DNA of 64,000 nt from an uncultured SAR86 cluster bacterium (GCA_902558375.1 CACEDQ010000003.1:25493-89492); one strand, 5' to 3'; counted from the stretch's first letter, positions 48,849 to 60,478 are shown. Translations and numbers: made by a program. Notes: generated by a model from the sequence alone, not told the origin.

Positions 48849-50155
48849 GAGTTTTTGTATTATCTTTAATCCTTCTTCCTCTAAATATAGTTGCCGACGC
48901 TTTTTTATCTTCTCCCAAGTTATCGCTTAATTCTCAAGGGGAAAGAGTAATTGAATTTAAGATCCAAAGCGCTAGGATTTCTGATGAAGATATTATCTTA
49001 AAAGAGTACAAGTCTAACGAATTATTAAATCAAGAAAATATTTCCTATACCTTATTAGAGGACTTTTCTACTTATAAGACCTATTCAATAGTTTTAAATA
49101 ACTCTTACGATGGAAATTATTTTAATTTTAAGTTGGTTATAGAGGATCAAATATCAAAAGATATATTTATTTTTTTACCCTCAAAACTAAATTCCTCTTC
49201 AAAAAAACCTAAACCCCCTCAAGTATACAAACCAGCTATTATTGAAAAATCAAATGATGTACCTCCAATGGAGATTCTTCCTGCTGCTAAAGAGATTAAA
49301 AAACAGCTAAGAGTTATTAAAGCTAACGAAATTTCAACAATGTGGAGTTTGGCTACTAACATTAAGACAGATATGTCTGATGCTTCAATATATCAAATAA
49401 TGTGGTCAATTTATCTTGGAAACAAAGATGCGTTTATAGATGGAAATATTAATTTAGTTCGAAATGATAAAGATTTAATAATTCCTTCATATTCAAGCAT
49501 ATCTGAGACTTCGCATACCGAGGCAAAAGCTTCAATTCTTGCTATGAATGAATCATATTCTTTATCTATAGCACCAGCAGTAAAATCTTTATTAATTTTA
49601 ACTGCTCCAAAAATAATAGAAGCACCTGAACAGAAAGTTAAAGAGATTGTTGACGAAGATGAGGCTAAACAGTTGGATATTAATAACGAAGAATTAAATG
49701 ATCCAGCAGACATTATTAAAAATAATACTAAAACACTTGAAATGGCCTTTGAAAGCAAAATTGCTGAGGAATTAATTAAAGAGACGGAGGATATAAAGCC
49801 TGCTGATGTTCAAGAATTTGGATTAATGGACCTCCTTTTTGTTGCCTTTGTATCAATTCTTTCTGGAATTTTAATAGCACTGATTTATATTCAGCTCAAA
49901 TCAAGACAGACAAAGAAAATAGATTATGATTTTGATGAAGCTCCTGATACCTCTTCATCTGTTGCGGGTTTACCAAAAGGCTTAAGCATTACAAATAATG
50001 AAGAAGAGCAGCAACTAGATCTTGCGGTGACATATTTTGAAATGGGTGATTTAGAAAACTCAAAATCTATTTTAGATGAACTAATGAAATCAACTCAGAG
50101 CGATAAGATCAAAAATGATGCCAAAACTTTGCTTGATAAATTTTCTGAAAAGTGA
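48842..50155 (+). CDS. fimV: FimV-like peptidoglycan-binding scaffold protein
   Basis: Signal sequence, a LysM-like segment (YQIMWSIYLGNKDAFIDGNINLVRNDKDLIIP), one TM helix, and a C-terminal FimV TPR-like motif (LDLAVTYFEMGDLENSKSILDEL). Conserved asd-fimV-truA position. GTG start. Confidence 0.65.
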   Translation: MLRVFVLSLILLPLNIVADAFLSSPKLSLNSQGERVIEFKIQSARISDEDIILKEYKSNELLNQENISYTLLEDFSTYKTYSIVLNNSYDGNYFNFKLVIEDQISKDIFIFLPSKLNSSSKKPKPPQVYKPAIIEKSNDVPPMEILPAAKEIKKQLRVIKANEISTMWSLATNIKTDMSDASIYQIMWSIYLGNKDAFIDGNINLVRNDKDLIIPSYSSISETSHTEAKASILAMNESYSLSIAPAVKSLLILTAPKIIEAPEQKVKEIVDEDEAKQLDINNEELNDPADIIKNNTKTLEMAFESKIAEELIKETEDIKPADVQEFGLMDLLFVAFVSILSGILIALIYIQLKSRQTKKIDYDFDEAPDTSSSVAGLPKGLSITNNEEEQQLDLAVTYFEMGDLENSKSILDELMKSTQSDKIKNDAKTLLDKFSEK

Positions 50156-50938
50156 GACTAGCTTTTACAACTGAGTATGATGGTTCTGGGTTTTCGGGCT
50201 TCCAAAGACAAAAGAATGCCATCTCAATTCAACAAAAACTTGAAGAAGCTATTGAAATGATCACTCAAGAAAAAAAAAGTACTAAATTATGCTGGAAGAA
50301 CAGATGCTGGCGTTCATGCACTTTCTCAAGTCTTTGATTTTACAACTGACATCAAAAGAGAAGAAAAAAATTGGATTGATGGAATAAATTCAAACCTTCC
50401 AGACGCTATCGCTGTAACTAAAATGTTTGAAGTACCTGATGATTTTCATTCTAGGTTTTCTGCTGTTGAGAGAAGTTATACCTATGTTATTTATAACTCC
50501 AGAAGCAAACCATTATTTTTTGATAATTGCTCTCACTGGGATAATAATAATTTAGATACAGATGTTCTAAATCAACAGGCAAAAATGTTTATTGGAAAAC
50601 ATGATTTTACATCCTTTAGAAGTTCAAGCTGCAGTTCAAAAAATCCTACTAAATCAATAAGAGATATTGAAATTGAGTGTCATGATAAATTTATTTTTAT
50701 ATCCATCCACGCAAATGCCTTTTTGCATAACATGGTAAGAATTATGGTTGGCACTTTATTAGATATTGCTAAAGGAGAAATAAATCTTTCTGTAGAAGAA
50801 ATTCTATCTAAACACGATAGAAGTTATGCTGGAAAAACTGTTTCAGCAAAAGGATTATTTTTTCTTGGACCTAAATATGATTTAAAATTTAATATCCATA
50901 GTCCAACTGAGCATTTATTAGATAGGTTTAAGAGATGA
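50152..50938 (+). pseudogene. truA: tRNA pseudouridine(38-40) synthase TruA, interrupted by a frameshift in an A9 run (50270-50278)
   Basis: The N-terminal part (MRLAFTTEYDGSGFSGFQRQ...) runs in one frame up to the A9 tract. The rest, including the catalytic motif AGRTDAGVHA, continues from nt 50279 in the +1 frame through 50938. Removing one A restores a single ~261-aa ORF. Confidence 0.85.
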
Positions 50939-51561
50939 TTAATCCAAAGATAAAAATCTGTGGTATCTCAGATATTGATATATTAAAACAACTTATAAGC
51001 CTTAAATTGGACTACGTAGGTTTTATTTTTTACAGCAAAAGCCCACGATTTGTAGATGAAGTCTTCCTAGAAAAAATACAAGATATAGATTTTAAAGACA
51101 CTAGACCTGTGTGCGTTTATGTTAATGCTGATGAAGATTTTATTTATAAAACTTCATTATTTTTTAATAATCCGATTCTCCAATTCCACGGAGAAGAAGA
51201 TCAAAATTTTTGTGAAACTTTTGGATTAGATTATTGGAAGGCAATTAGAATAAAAAATGCTAGCGATATAAAAATGATTTCTCAATACAGCTCTGCGTCA
51301 GCAATTCTTCTTGAAAATCATAAGAACGGAGTATATGGAGGAACAGGAGAGTCTTTTAATTGGGAGTTATTAAAAAATATTGATAATGATAGTCATAATT
51401 TTGTTCTTTCAGGTGGAATTAATTCTCAAAATGTCGATAATGCATTAAAGACTAATTCGTGGTGTTTAGATTTAAACTCTGGGGTTGAATCTCAGGCTGG
51501 AATCAAAGACATCCATTTAATAAAAGATATTTTAAAAATAATCAGAAACTATGACATTTAG
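50935..51561 (+). CDS. trpF: phosphoribosylanthranilate isomerase
   Basis: KICGI start motif. 208-aa TIM-barrel protein sitting between truA and trpB. Confidence 0.85.
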   Translation: MINPKIKICGISDIDILKQLISLKLDYVGFIFYSKSPRFVDEVFLEKIQDIDFKDTRPVCVYVNADEDFIYKTSLFFNNPILQFHGEEDQNFCETFGLDYWKAIRIKNASDIKMISQYSSASAILLENHKNGVYGGTGESFNWELLKNIDNDSHNFVLSGGINSQNVDNALKTNSWCLDLNSGVESQAGIKDIHLIKDILKIIRNYDI

Positions 51562-52756
51562 TAATTCTAACTTTCCTGATAAAGAAGGATTTTATGGTGA
51601 ATACGGCGGTAAATTTGTACCAGAAACTCTGATGTATGCTCTTGAAGAGCTAGAAAATACTTATAACAAATTAAAAGATAATAAAGACTTTATAGATGAG
51701 TTCTATAAAGATCTTTCCCATTTTGTTGGCAGACCTTCGCCACTATATTTTGCACAAAGATTAACGGACCATTACAAATCTGGTTCTATTTGGCTTAAAC
51801 GTGAAGATCTTAATCATACTGGAGCACACAAAATAAATAATACTGTTGGTCAGATACTTCTTGCTAAATATATGGGCAAAAAAAGAATCATTGCAGAAAC
51901 TGGTGCTGGTCAGCATGGTGTTGCGACAGCAACTGTTGCAGCAAGGTTAGGGCTAGAGTGTCATATTTATATGGGCGCTGAAGACGTTAGAAGACAATCT
52001 TTAAATGTTTATAGAATAAAATTACTTGGAGCTCATGTGCATCCTGTTGATTCTGGTTCAGCAACATTAAAAGATGCTTTAAATGAAGCTTTAAGAGATT
52101 GGGTAACTAATGTTGATGATACCTATTATATTATTGGAAGTGTTACTGGCCCGCATCCATATCCGATGATAGTAAGAGATTTCAACTCTGTTGTTGGTAA
52201 AGAAGTAATTGAGCAATCTAAAGATTTATTTGGCAAAATGCCTGATGCTGTTGTTGCCTGTGTTGGCGGTGGTTCTAATGCAATGGGCATATTTCACCCA
52301 TTTATTGATATTAAAGAAACTAGACTTATTGGCGTTGAAGCTGGAGGAGAGGGCGTTTCAACAGGCGAGCATGCAGCTCCATTAAATGACGGCACACCTG
52401 GAGTTCTTCATGGTGCTCGCAGTTACTTAATGCAAGATGAATCAGGTCAGGTAAAAGATACTAAGTCTGTTTCAGCTGGCTTAGATTATCCTGGAGTTGG
52501 TCCTGAACATTCATGGCTAAAAGATATTGGTAGAGCTGAGTATGTTGCAGTTAGCGATGATGATGCCTTAAAAGCTTTTCACGAAGTAACTGAACTTGAG
52601 GGTATTATGCCTGCTCTTGAGACAGCACATGCTTTTGCATACCTAGAACCACTTATGAAGGAATTAGATTCATCAACAAATGTAGTTGTGAATGTTTCTG
52701 GTAGAGGAGACAAAGACATTAATACTGTTGCTGAAATCGATGGGATAGAGTTTTGA
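51551..52756 (+). CDS. trpB: tryptophan synthase beta chain
   Basis: PLP-lysine region HTGAHKINN and GGGSNAMG. Confidence 0.95.
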   Translation: MTFSNSNFPDKEGFYGEYGGKFVPETLMYALEELENTYNKLKDNKDFIDEFYKDLSHFVGRPSPLYFAQRLTDHYKSGSIWLKREDLNHTGAHKINNTVGQILLAKYMGKKRIIAETGAGQHGVATATVAARLGLECHIYMGAEDVRRQSLNVYRIKLLGAHVHPVDSGSATLKDALNEALRDWVTNVDDTYYIIGSVTGPHPYPMIVRDFNSVVGKEVIEQSKDLFGKMPDAVVACVGGGSNAMGIFHPFIDIKETRLIGVEAGGEGVSTGEHAAPLNDGTPGVLHGARSYLMQDESGQVKDTKSVSAGLDYPGVGPEHSWLKDIGRAEYVAVSDDDALKAFHEVTELEGIMPALETAHAFAYLEPLMKELDSSTNVVVNVSGRGDKDINTVAEIDGIEF

Positions 52757-53538
52757 ATAGACTGACATCAAAATTACAAAATCTTAAAGAAAGCAATAAA
52801 AAGGCTCTAGTAGCATACCTTGTAGCAGGTGATCCTAATTTGGATACAACATTAGACCTAATGCATTTATTTGTTGATTCAGGAGTTGATGTTATTGAGA
52901 TTGGCGTTCCCTTTACAGATCCAATTGCTGAGGGACCAATCATACAAAAAGCTCATGACCGAGCTCTAAAAAATAATATATCACTGAAAATGATACTTGA
53001 ATTGGTTGATAAGTTTAGAGAAACCAATACCCAAACACCCATAGTTTTAATGGGTTATTTAAATACTTTCATATCCCATATTGAACTAGTTCAATCAATT
53101 GGAGAGAATAGTGCGGATTCAATTTTAGTTGTAGATGTTCCAGGCGAACTCAATCTGCAGACTTATGGAATCACAAACCCAAATATAAATATTATTTCAC
53201 TAATATCTCCGACTACTAAAGACGATAGAGTTGAATCTATAGCAAAAAATAGCACTGGGTTTATTTATTACGTCACTCTTCGAGGTGTTACAGGCTCATC
53301 TAATTTAAATATTGAAGAAATTAAAAATAATATCCAAAAAATTCAACAATATTCAGATGCTCCAACTATGGCAGGGTTCGGGATTAAATCAGTCGAGGAT
53401 GCATCAACTCTAGCAGCATGTTCTGATGGTATTGTTATTGGTTCATCAATTGTTGAAATGATTGCAGATGAGTCTAAGTCAAAAGAATTTGGTAGAATAG
53501 GTGAATATCTTAGGGAGATGAAAACCGCTATATCATGA
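52753..53538 (+). CDS. trpA: tryptophan synthase alpha chain
   Basis: [29 protein letters not shown], and [13 protein letters not shown] start overlaps the trpB stop. Confidence 0.9.
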   Translation: MNRLTSKLQNLKESNKKALVAYLVAGDPNLDTTLDLMHLFVDSGVDVIEIGVPFTDPIAEGPIIQKAHDRALKNNISLKMILELVDKFRETNTQTPIVLMGYLNTFISHIELVQSIGENSADSILVVDVPGELNLQTYGITNPNINIISLISPTTKDDRVESIAKNSTGFIYYVTLRGVTGSSNLNIEEIKNNIQKIQQYSDAPTMAGFGIKSVEDASTLAACSDGIVIGSSIVEMIADESKSKEFGRIGEYLREMKTAIS

Positions 53539-54380
53539 ACTGGCTAAGAAGGCTTATACCATCAATAGTTACATCTAATTCTAAAAGTAAGGTCCCTGAT
53601 GGTTTATGGAGCTCCTGTCCTTCTTGTGAATCAGTCTTGTATGCACCTGATCTGGAAAAGTCACTTTATGTTTGTTCTAAATGCGATCATCACCTTCGAA
53701 TTGGTGCCAGAAAAAGATTAGAAATTTTTTTAGATAAAGGTTATTTTGAAGAAATAGCTGCAGATATTAAAACCAAAGACTCTCTAAAGTTTAAAGATAC
53801 AAAAAATTATTCATCAAGAATCAAAGATGCTGTTTCAAATACAGGAGAGAATGAAGCTATTATTATTGGTAAAGGAGCTCTTGATTCAATGGGTGTAGTT
53901 GTAGCTGCATTTGAGTTTAGATTTATGGGTGGATCAATGGGAGGAGTTGTAGGAGAAAAGTTTGTACAGGGTGTAAATGAGGCTATAAAGTCTCGATGCC
54001 CATTTATCTGTTTCTCGACAAGTGGTGGCGCAAGAATGCAAGAGTCAATGGTTTCTTTAATGCAGATGGCAAAAACTTCTGCTGCCTTACAAAAACTTAA
54101 AGCAGAAAAATTACCTTATATTTCTGTAATGGTTGATCCTATTTATGGAGGCGTTTCTGCAAGTTTAGCTATGCTTGGTGATATAAACATTGCTGAACCT
54201 GATGCCTTGGTTGGGTTTGCCGGCAGAAGGGTTATTGAGCAAACTGTAAGAGTTGATTTACCTGATGATTTCCAAAAATCAGAGTTTTTGTTAAAACACG
54301 GAGCAATTGATATGATTGTGCATAGAAAAAATATCAGAACAAAAGTTCTTGGACTGTTAAAAAAAATATATAAAAGCTAA
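53535..54380 (+). CDS. accD: acetyl-CoA carboxylase carboxyltransferase beta subunit
   Basis: N-terminal zinc ribbon (CPSCESVLY...CSKCDHH) and a carboxyltransferase domain (GGSMG, GGARMQE). Confidence 0.95.
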   Translation: MNWLRRLIPSIVTSNSKSKVPDGLWSSCPSCESVLYAPDLEKSLYVCSKCDHHLRIGARKRLEIFLDKGYFEEIAADIKTKDSLKFKDTKNYSSRIKDAVSNTGENEAIIIGKGALDSMGVVVAAFEFRFMGGSMGGVVGEKFVQGVNEAIKSRCPFICFSTSGGARMQESMVSLMQMAKTSAALQKLKAEKLPYISVMVDPIYGGVSASLAMLGDINIAEPDALVGFAGRRVIEQTVRVDLPDDFQKSEFLLKHGAIDMIVHRKNIRTKVLGLLKKIYKS

Positions 54381-54859
54381 TGAATATTGATAGAGCTGTA
54401 GGTCTAATTTTTAGCATAGCTGCGTTATTGCTTGTGCTATTTGTTATTTTAAAACCTCAAGTGGAGTACCAAAGAGAATTTTCAAGTATCCAAAGTAACA
54501 AACCAAGCAATTCATTTAAAGAAAAAGATTCTTTTGACAATACATTAAAATCTACTGAAGAAATAAAAACTAATCAAAAAAAATCAGATGATGTAGTTTC
54601 TGATATTCAAGAATCTGATTTCGATGTTTTTGTTTTACGAGTTCATGTTTTATCATCCAAAGAAAATGCTTTGAAAATTGTTATAAAAATAAAAGAAGGA
54701 GGCTTTCCTGCATTTACAGAAACTTTTGGTTCAAAAAATAATTTACATGCAGTCTATGTAGGACCATTTATGACAGAAGATGATATAAAATCTAATCTTG
54801 AACAAATAAAAAAGGTTTCTGAATCAAATAACGGAGAAATTATTAAATGGAAGCTTTAG
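54380..54859 (+). CDS. SPOR-domain protein (DedD-like)
   Basis: N-terminal TM helix and a C-terminal SPOR-like repeat (FVLRVHVLSSKENALKIVIKIKEGGFPAF...AVYVGPF). Occupies the dedD position upstream of cvpA. Confidence 0.6.
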   Translation: MNIDRAVGLIFSIAALLLVLFVILKPQVEYQREFSSIQSNKPSNSFKEKDSFDNTLKSTEEIKTNQKKSDDVVSDIQESDFDVFVLRVHVLSSKENALKIVIKIKEGGFPAFTETFGSKNNLHAVYVGPFMTEDDIKSNLEQIKKVSESNNGEIIKWKL

Positions 54860-55428
54860 GATTGAATGTTACTGACTGGTTTATAATAGTTGTCCTGACA
54901 GCTTCTGGCTTAATCTCTCTTTCAAGAGGGTTTACTAAAGAATTATTATCATTATTTTTATGGGTTATGGCCTTTATTGCAGCTATAACTTTGGGTTATA
55001 TGGTGACTCCAAAAATTAATGAATTTATAGGCAATTCTGAAGTATCGAAGATCTTGTCATACATCTCAATTTTCCTTGTATCCATAGTTCTTGGTGGATT
55101 TTTGATCAAATTCATATCTAAATTAATAAAATGGTCAGGAGCATCTGGGGTTGATAGATTTTTAGGAGTTCTATTTGGTTTATTAAGAGGATTAGTAGTT
55201 TTATTTGTTATTTTTATTTTATTGCCATCAAGCATTAAGAATACAAATTTCATCAACGAATCTAAAATCGCTCCATACATAGAAAAATATGCACCTGCAA
55301 TAGAGACATTCTTCAATAGAGCAATAGACAAAAAAGAAATTATGAATGATGCTATTGAAGACATAAAACCAATAAATGAGACTATAAAAGAAGTTGAAGA
55401 TGTATATTCAAATAACAGGGATTCTTGA
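54847..55428 (+). CDS. cvpA: CvpA-family membrane protein
   Basis: Four-TM protein whose N-terminus (NVTDWFIIVVLTASGLISLSRGFTKE) is typical of CvpA. Conserved cvpA-purF pairing. Confidence 0.8.
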   Translation: MEALGLNVTDWFIIVVLTASGLISLSRGFTKELLSLFLWVMAFIAAITLGYMVTPKINEFIGNSEVSKILSYISIFLVSIVLGGFLIKFISKLIKWSGASGVDRFLGVLFGLLRGLVVLFVIFILLPSSIKNTNFINESKIAPYIEKYAPAIETFFNRAIDKKEIMNDAIEDIKPINETIKEVEDVYSNNRDS

Positions 55429-56912
55429 TGTGCGGAATAGTTGGAATTTCTGCTGAAACTAACATAGCTGCAGAAATATATGATTCTCTTCTAATGCTTC
55501 AGCATAGAGGCCAGGATGCTGCCGGTATGGTTGTTTGTGATTCACAAGACAAACTCCATAGTAGAAAATCTATGGGATATGTTAGGGATGTTTTCCAGCA
55601 AAGACATATGAATAAACTTATTGGTAACTATGGTATAGGACATGTTAGATATCCCACTGCTGGTGGGGCAGGCAAGGAATTCGCTCAACCAATGTATGTT
55701 AATTCTCCTTACGGTATTAGCCTTGCTCATAATGGAAATTTAACAAATTCCAAAGAACTTGCTATTCAGTTATTTCATGCTGAAATGAGACATCTCAATA
55801 CAGACTCAGATTCTGAAGTTTTGTTAAATATTTTTGCTCATGAATTAGGAAAACAAAGAGAAATATATCCTTCAGCGGAGCATATATTTAAAGCAGTTAC
55901 CAAAACCCACAGAAGGTGTGATGGTGCATATGCTGTTTTAGCCCTCATTACTGGACATGGAATATTAGCTTTCAGAGACAACAATGGTATTAGACCCTTA
56001 TCAATTGGTGTTAGAGCAGGCAAAACAAGAGACGAATACATAATCGCATCTGAAGATGCTCTTTTTGAATCACAAGGATTTAAAAAACTTAGAGATGTTG
56101 AGCCGGGAGAAGCTGTTTATATTGATAAAAAAGGAAACTTTTTTTCACAACAATGTGCTGAAGCGCCTCAAAAAAGACCTTGTATATTTGAGTATGTATA
56201 CTTTTCAAGACCTGACTCAAACATTGATGAAATTTCAGTATATAAAGCACGAATGAGAATGGGTTCGAAATTGGCTGAATTAATTAAAAAGAAAAAACCT
56301 GATCACGATATTGATGTTGTAATCCCTATACCTGATAGCTCTACAACAGCAGCACTTCAGCTCGCAGTTGATTTAGATGTTCCTTATAGAGAAGGCTTTG
56401 TTAAAAACAGATATATTGGAAGAACCTTCATCATGCCTTATCAAGAAGAGCGAAGAAAGTCTGTTAGAAGAAAGTTAAATATCCTTGATTTAGAGTTTGA
56501 AGGTAAAAATGTAATGCTGGTAGATGATTCAATTGTAAGAGGTACTACTAGTAAAAAAATTATTGCAATGGCTAAAGAAGCTGGAGCTAAAAAAGTATAT
56601 TTTGCATCTGCAGCACCTGCTATTAAGTATCAAAATCTTTACGGCATAGATATGCCAGCAACTAGCGAATTAATAGCTTCAAATAGAACAGATGATGAAG
56701 TTGCTAAAGAAATAGGCGCAGATTGGCTTGTTTATCAAACGTTAGAGGATTTAATTGAAACTTGTAAGTTTGGAAATCCACAAATCAAAGAATTTGAAAC
56801 CTCTATTTTTACAGGTGAATATATAACGCCTCTCGGTGAGAATTATCTTGAAGATCTAGAGGTTTCCAGGCAAGACGAAGTTAAAGCACAAAGAGAAAAA
56901 GCTAAAGCCTAA
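55425..56912 (+). CDS. purF: amidophosphoribosyltransferase
   Basis: MCGIVGI Ntn start and a PRTase motif ([14 protein letters not shown]). Confidence 0.95.
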   Translation: MMCGIVGISAETNIAAEIYDSLLMLQHRGQDAAGMVVCDSQDKLHSRKSMGYVRDVFQQRHMNKLIGNYGIGHVRYPTAGGAGKEFAQPMYVNSPYGISLAHNGNLTNSKELAIQLFHAEMRHLNTDSDSEVLLNIFAHELGKQREIYPSAEHIFKAVTKTHRRCDGAYAVLALITGHGILAFRDNNGIRPLSIGVRAGKTRDEYIIASEDALFESQGFKKLRDVEPGEAVYIDKKGNFFSQQCAEAPQKRPCIFEYVYFSRPDSNIDEISVYKARMRMGSKLAELIKKKKPDHDIDVVIPIPDSSTTAALQLAVDLDVPYREGFVKNRYIGRTFIMPYQEERRKSVRRKLNILDLEFEGKNVMLVDDSIVRGTTSKKIIAMAKEAGAKKVYFASAAPAIKYQNLYGIDMPATSELIASNRTDDEVAKEIGADWLVYQTLEDLIETCKFGNPQIKEFETSIFTGEYITPLGENYLEDLEVSRQDEVKAQREKAKA

Positions 56913-59491
56913 CTGGGATTAACAATATTCACAGCAGGTATGCTTGCTGAGTTTGCACTCTCCACATATGTATCAATCTCATTAAAGTTAAGATATCTGT
57001 ATATCTCATCTGCCAATGGATTAATATCATCCATATATTTGTGATATTCCTCTACCGTTGGCAATCTACCTATTACAGAAGCTATAGCAGATAGTTCAGC
57101 AGATGCTAAAAATACATCAGCACCATCTCCCAGTCTATTAGGGAAATTTCTTGTTGAAGTTGATACCACAGTAGAATTTGCAAGAACTCTTGCTTGGTTA
57201 CCCATGCAAAGAGAACATCCAGGTAATTCAGTTCTTGCTCCTGAAACACCAAATACGTTATAGATTCCTTCTTCCATGAGCTGTTTCTCGTCCATTTTGG
57301 TTGGAGGGACAACCCATAGCCTAGCTTTTGTTCCATTATATTTTTGTAACAAGGTACCAGCAGCTCTGAAGTGACCAATGTTGGTCATACAAGATCCAAT
57401 AAATACTTCTTGGATTTCAGTATTAGCAACTTCTGATAATGGTTTAATATCATCAGGGTCATTTGGACAAGCAAGTAATGGCTCTGTGATTTCGTTTAGA
57501 TCAATTTCGATAATTTCTGCATATTCAGCATTTTCATCCGGCTCTAATAGTTCAGGATTTTTAATCCATTCTTCCATGGCTTGAGCTCTTCTTTCTAAAG
57601 TTTTTGAATCACCATAACCACTAGCAATCATCCATCTCAACATAACAATGTTGGATTGAAGATATTCAATAATTGGTTCTTTGTTTAATCTGACAGTACA
57701 GCCTGAAGCTGATCTCTCAGCCGATGCATCTGATAATTCAAACGCTTGTTCAACTTTCATATTTGGAAGACCTTCGATTTCCAAGCATCTTCCTGAGAAA
57801 ATATTTTTCTTACCTTCTTTTGCAACAGTTAAAAGACCTTTTTGAATAGCTGCATATGGAATAGCGTTAACAAGATCTCTAAGAGTTATTCCTGGTTGCA
57901 TCTCACCTTTAAATCTAACTAAAACGGACTCAGGCATATCTAATGGCATTACACCTAAAGTTGCAGCAAATGCTACAAGTCCTGATCCAGCAGGAAAGCT
58001 TATACCTATAGGGAATCTAGTATGACTATCACCACCTGTTCCAACTCCATCAGGTAGTAACATTCTGTTTAGCCATGAATGTATTATTCCGTCACCAGGT
58101 CTTAAAGAGACACCACCACGATTCATAATAAAATCAGGTAAATTATGTTGTGTCTCAATGTCTACAGGTTTTGGATAAGCTGCAGTATGACAAAATGATT
58201 GCATAACCAAATCAGCAGAAAAACCTAAGCAGGCTAACTCTTTTAATTCATCTCTTGTCATTGGTCCAGTAGTATCTTGAGAACCAACAGTTGTCATTCT
58301 TGGCTCACAATAAGTTCCTGGTCTAATACCCTCAACCCCGCAAGCTTTGCCTACCATTTTTTGTGCCAGAGTATAACCTTTATCAGAAGTATCAGCAGCA
58401 TCAGGTCTTGTAAATATATCTGTAGGCGCTAAATCTAAAGCTTCTCTAGTTTTATCAGTTAATTGCCTTCCAATAATTAACGGTATTCTTCCGTTAGCCC
58501 TCACTTCATCAAGAAGAACATCTGTTTTAAGTTTAAAAGTAGAAATTACTTCATTGCTTGAAGCATCAAGAACTTTTCCGTTATAAGGCTCAAGAATAAT
58601 CTCCTGACCCATTTCCATTTTAGAAACATCTAATTCAATAGGAAAAGCACCTGAATCTTCTAATGTATTAAAAAAGATGGGGGCTATTTTTCCACCAAAA
58701 CAAAAACCACCTTCTTTTTTATTTGGGATATAAGGTATCTCATCTCCCATATGCCATAACACTGAGTTAGTAGCAGATTTTCTGGATGAACCGGTACCAA
58801 CAACATCACCAACAAATACAAGCGGATTACCTTTTTCTTTTAACTCTTCGATAGTCTCTAATGGTCTATCAAGACCTTCTCTTGGCATTTTGAACATAGC
58901 TAATGCATGAAGTGGGATATCAGGACGTGACCAAGCGTCTGTTGCAGGCGAAAGATCATCAGTATTAATTTCACCTGGTACTTTATAGACAGTTAATTTG
59001 ATTTGTTCTGGGAGTTTAGCTTTTTCAGTAAACCATTTTCCATCAGCCCACGCATCGACAACCTTTTTTGCATACTCATTAGTCTTTGATAATTCAAAGA
59101 TCTCATTGAAGGCATCAAAAATTAGTAATGTCTTTCCTAATGCCTCAGCAGCTTCATTACCTAATTCATCTATTTTTAGGCATTCAATCAAAGGCTGAAT
59201 GTTATAGCCACCAAGCATAGTACCAAGAATATGAACAGCATCAGATTTTGTAATATATGGACTAGAAGTTTCACCGGTTGTAATATCAGCCAAAAAGGCT
59301 GCTTTTACATAAGCTGATTGATCTACGCCAGCCGGTACTCTTTCTTTAAGTAAATGTAATAAAAGTTCAGATTCTTCGTGTTCAGACTTTAACAGGTCTG
59401 CTAATTGTGCAGTTTGATCTGCGTCTAATGGAAGCGGGGGGATATTTTGTGCCGCTCTTTCATCTACATGTGCTTTGTATTCGTTTAACAT
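56909..59491 (-). CDS. acnB: bifunctional aconitate hydratase 2 / 2-methylisocitrate dehydratase
   Basis: 860 aa with the AcnB-specific N-terminal HEAT-like domain ([22 protein letters not shown]...). Aconitase Fe-S ligands ([14 protein letters not shown]). Confidence 0.95.
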   Translation of the reverse strand: MLNEYKAHVDERAAQNIPPLPLDADQTAQLADLLKSEHEESELLLHLLKERVPAGVDQSAYVKAAFLADITTGETSSPYITKSDAVHILGTMLGGYNIQPLIECLKIDELGNEAAEALGKTLLIFDAFNEIFELSKTNEYAKKVVDAWADGKWFTEKAKLPEQIKLTVYKVPGEINTDDLSPATDAWSRPDIPLHALAMFKMPREGLDRPLETIEELKEKGNPLVFVGDVVGTGSSRKSATNSVLWHMGDEIPYIPNKKEGGFCFGGKIAPIFFNTLEDSGAFPIELDVSKMEMGQEIILEPYNGKVLDASSNEVISTFKLKTDVLLDEVRANGRIPLIIGRQLTDKTREALDLAPTDIFTRPDAADTSDKGYTLAQKMVGKACGVEGIRPGTYCEPRMTTVGSQDTTGPMTRDELKELACLGFSADLVMQSFCHTAAYPKPVDIETQHNLPDFIMNRGGVSLRPGDGIIHSWLNRMLLPDGVGTGGDSHTRFPIGISFPAGSGLVAFAATLGVMPLDMPESVLVRFKGEMQPGITLRDLVNAIPYAAIQKGLLTVAKEGKKNIFSGRCLEIEGLPNMKVEQAFELSDASAERSASGCTVRLNKEPIIEYLQSNIVMLRWMIASGYGDSKTLERRAQAMEEWIKNPELLEPDENAEYAEIIEIDLNEITEPLLACPNDPDDIKPLSEVANTEIQEVFIGSCMTNIGHFRAAGTLLQKYNGTKARLWVVPPTKMDEKQLMEEGIYNVFGVSGARTELPGCSLCMGNQARVLANSTVVSTSTRNFPNRLGDGADVFLASAELSAIASVIGRLPTVEEYHKYMDDINPLADEIYRYLNFNEIDTYVESANSASIPAVNIVNPS

Positions 59492-59593
59492 TGATTATCT
59501 CCTTGTTAACGGAGGTAATTTTACTCTTATAAGTAAAAGGCTTCTAGTAAATAGCAGATTTTATTTAAAAATGAGTTATGATTTTGCTTAATT

Positions 59594-60031
59594 ATGCAAA
59601 AAACTCGTTCTACAACCCCTTGTTTAGGTATTTGCTCCACAACTTATGGAGATGATGTCTGCAAAGGGTGCAAAAGATTTGTTCACGAGATTATTAGCTG
59701 GCCAAAATATTCACAAGACGAGAGGGCGCTAGTAAATGATCGCCTTGAAAAATTTAAAGTATTAATTCTTCAAGATAGATTCAAAGTTCATGACTCAGAC
59801 TTATTTGAGATTAAGTTAAAAGAGAAAGCCATTAACTATAATAATTCTATGGATCCTTTGACCTGGATTTTTGATTTGCTTAGGGCGGCAGGATCACAAG
59901 ATTTAGATCTAGAACAATTTGGGATTACCAGTCTCAAAAATTATGACCCTATGAAAATTCGTGATGAGATTAATAAAGAGTTTTTAGATTTATCAGAAGC
60001 TCATCATCAAAGATATTTCAAAAAAGCTTAA
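59594..60031 (+). CDS. DUF1289 (YdhL-like) Cys-rich domain protein with C-terminal extension
   Basis: TPCLGICSTTYGDDVCKGCKRFVHEI matches the DUF1289 CxGxC...CxGCxR pattern. The remaining ~100 aa are unassigned. Confidence 0.5.
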   Translation: MQKTRSTTPCLGICSTTYGDDVCKGCKRFVHEIISWPKYSQDERALVNDRLEKFKVLILQDRFKVHDSDLFEIKLKEKAINYNNSMDPLTWIFDLLRAAGSQDLDLEQFGITSLKNYDPMKIRDEINKEFLDLSEAHHQRYFKKA

Positions 60032-60037
60032 TTAAGT

Positions 60038-60478
60038 CTATCCGTAATCTTTTAACATTCGCTTAAGCTCTAGTGAATGTTGCTCTTCTTCTCCGATCAT
60101 ACCTCTGGCATATTCTTCTAAATAAATTGAACTATCTTTAACTTCCTCTAAAAGTTTTTTATAAAGTCCAACAGCATGTAGTTCATGCTCTAAACTTTCC
60201 TCTAAAATATCTCTAATAGTGTGTTGTCCGGTTTCCTCAATCTTTGCTATTTTCTGGCTAGGATGACCATCTAGTCCCGCTATTAATTCACCTGCTCCTT
60301 GAGCATGAACAAGAGATTCACTTGCTTGTTCTTTTAAGAAATCAACGATTGGAATTCGATAGGGACCAGTCACCATCATAGCTGAGTGAGTATAGCGAAC
60401 AACTCCTGCTAATTCGTATTCCATTATCTCGTTTAGAATCGCACATGCCTTATCTGTATCTAGTGGTTTTAATCCCAT
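60038..60478 (-). CDS. ferritin-like di-iron protein (bacterioferritin/Dps-like)
   Basis: The di-iron ligand pattern E...ExxH...E...ExxH is visible (EYEL; EQASESLVHA; EHELHA; EEEQHSLE). 146-aa four-helix-bundle size. Confidence 0.65.
   Translation of the reverse strand: MGLKPLDTDKACAILNEIMEYELAGVVRYTHSAMMVTGPYRIPIVDFLKEQASESLVHAQGAGELIAGLDGHPSQKIAKIEETGQHTIRDILEESLEHELHAVGLYKKLLEEVKDSSIYLEEYARGMIGEEEQHSLELKRMLKDYG

Noticed and set aside
49411-49758. 115-aa ORF antisense to the fimV-like gene
   Set aside because: It is embedded antisense and low-complexity, with no independent signal.
50152-50337. Treating 50152-50337 (61 aa) and 50423-50938 (171 aa) as two separate genes
   Set aside because: Together they reconstitute TruA across a single-base frame change in an A9 run. 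The stretch 50279-50422 also reads as TruA in the second frame.
54996-55364. 122-aa ORF antisense to cvpA
   Set aside because: It is embedded antisense in a conserved membrane-protein gene, and the cvpA-purF coupling explains the locus.
59569-59593. 6-codon mini-ORF (ATGAGTTATGATTTTGCTTAA) just upstream of the DUF1289 gene
   Set aside because: It is too short and lacks an RBS. In AT-rich DNA such mini-ORFs arise by chance.
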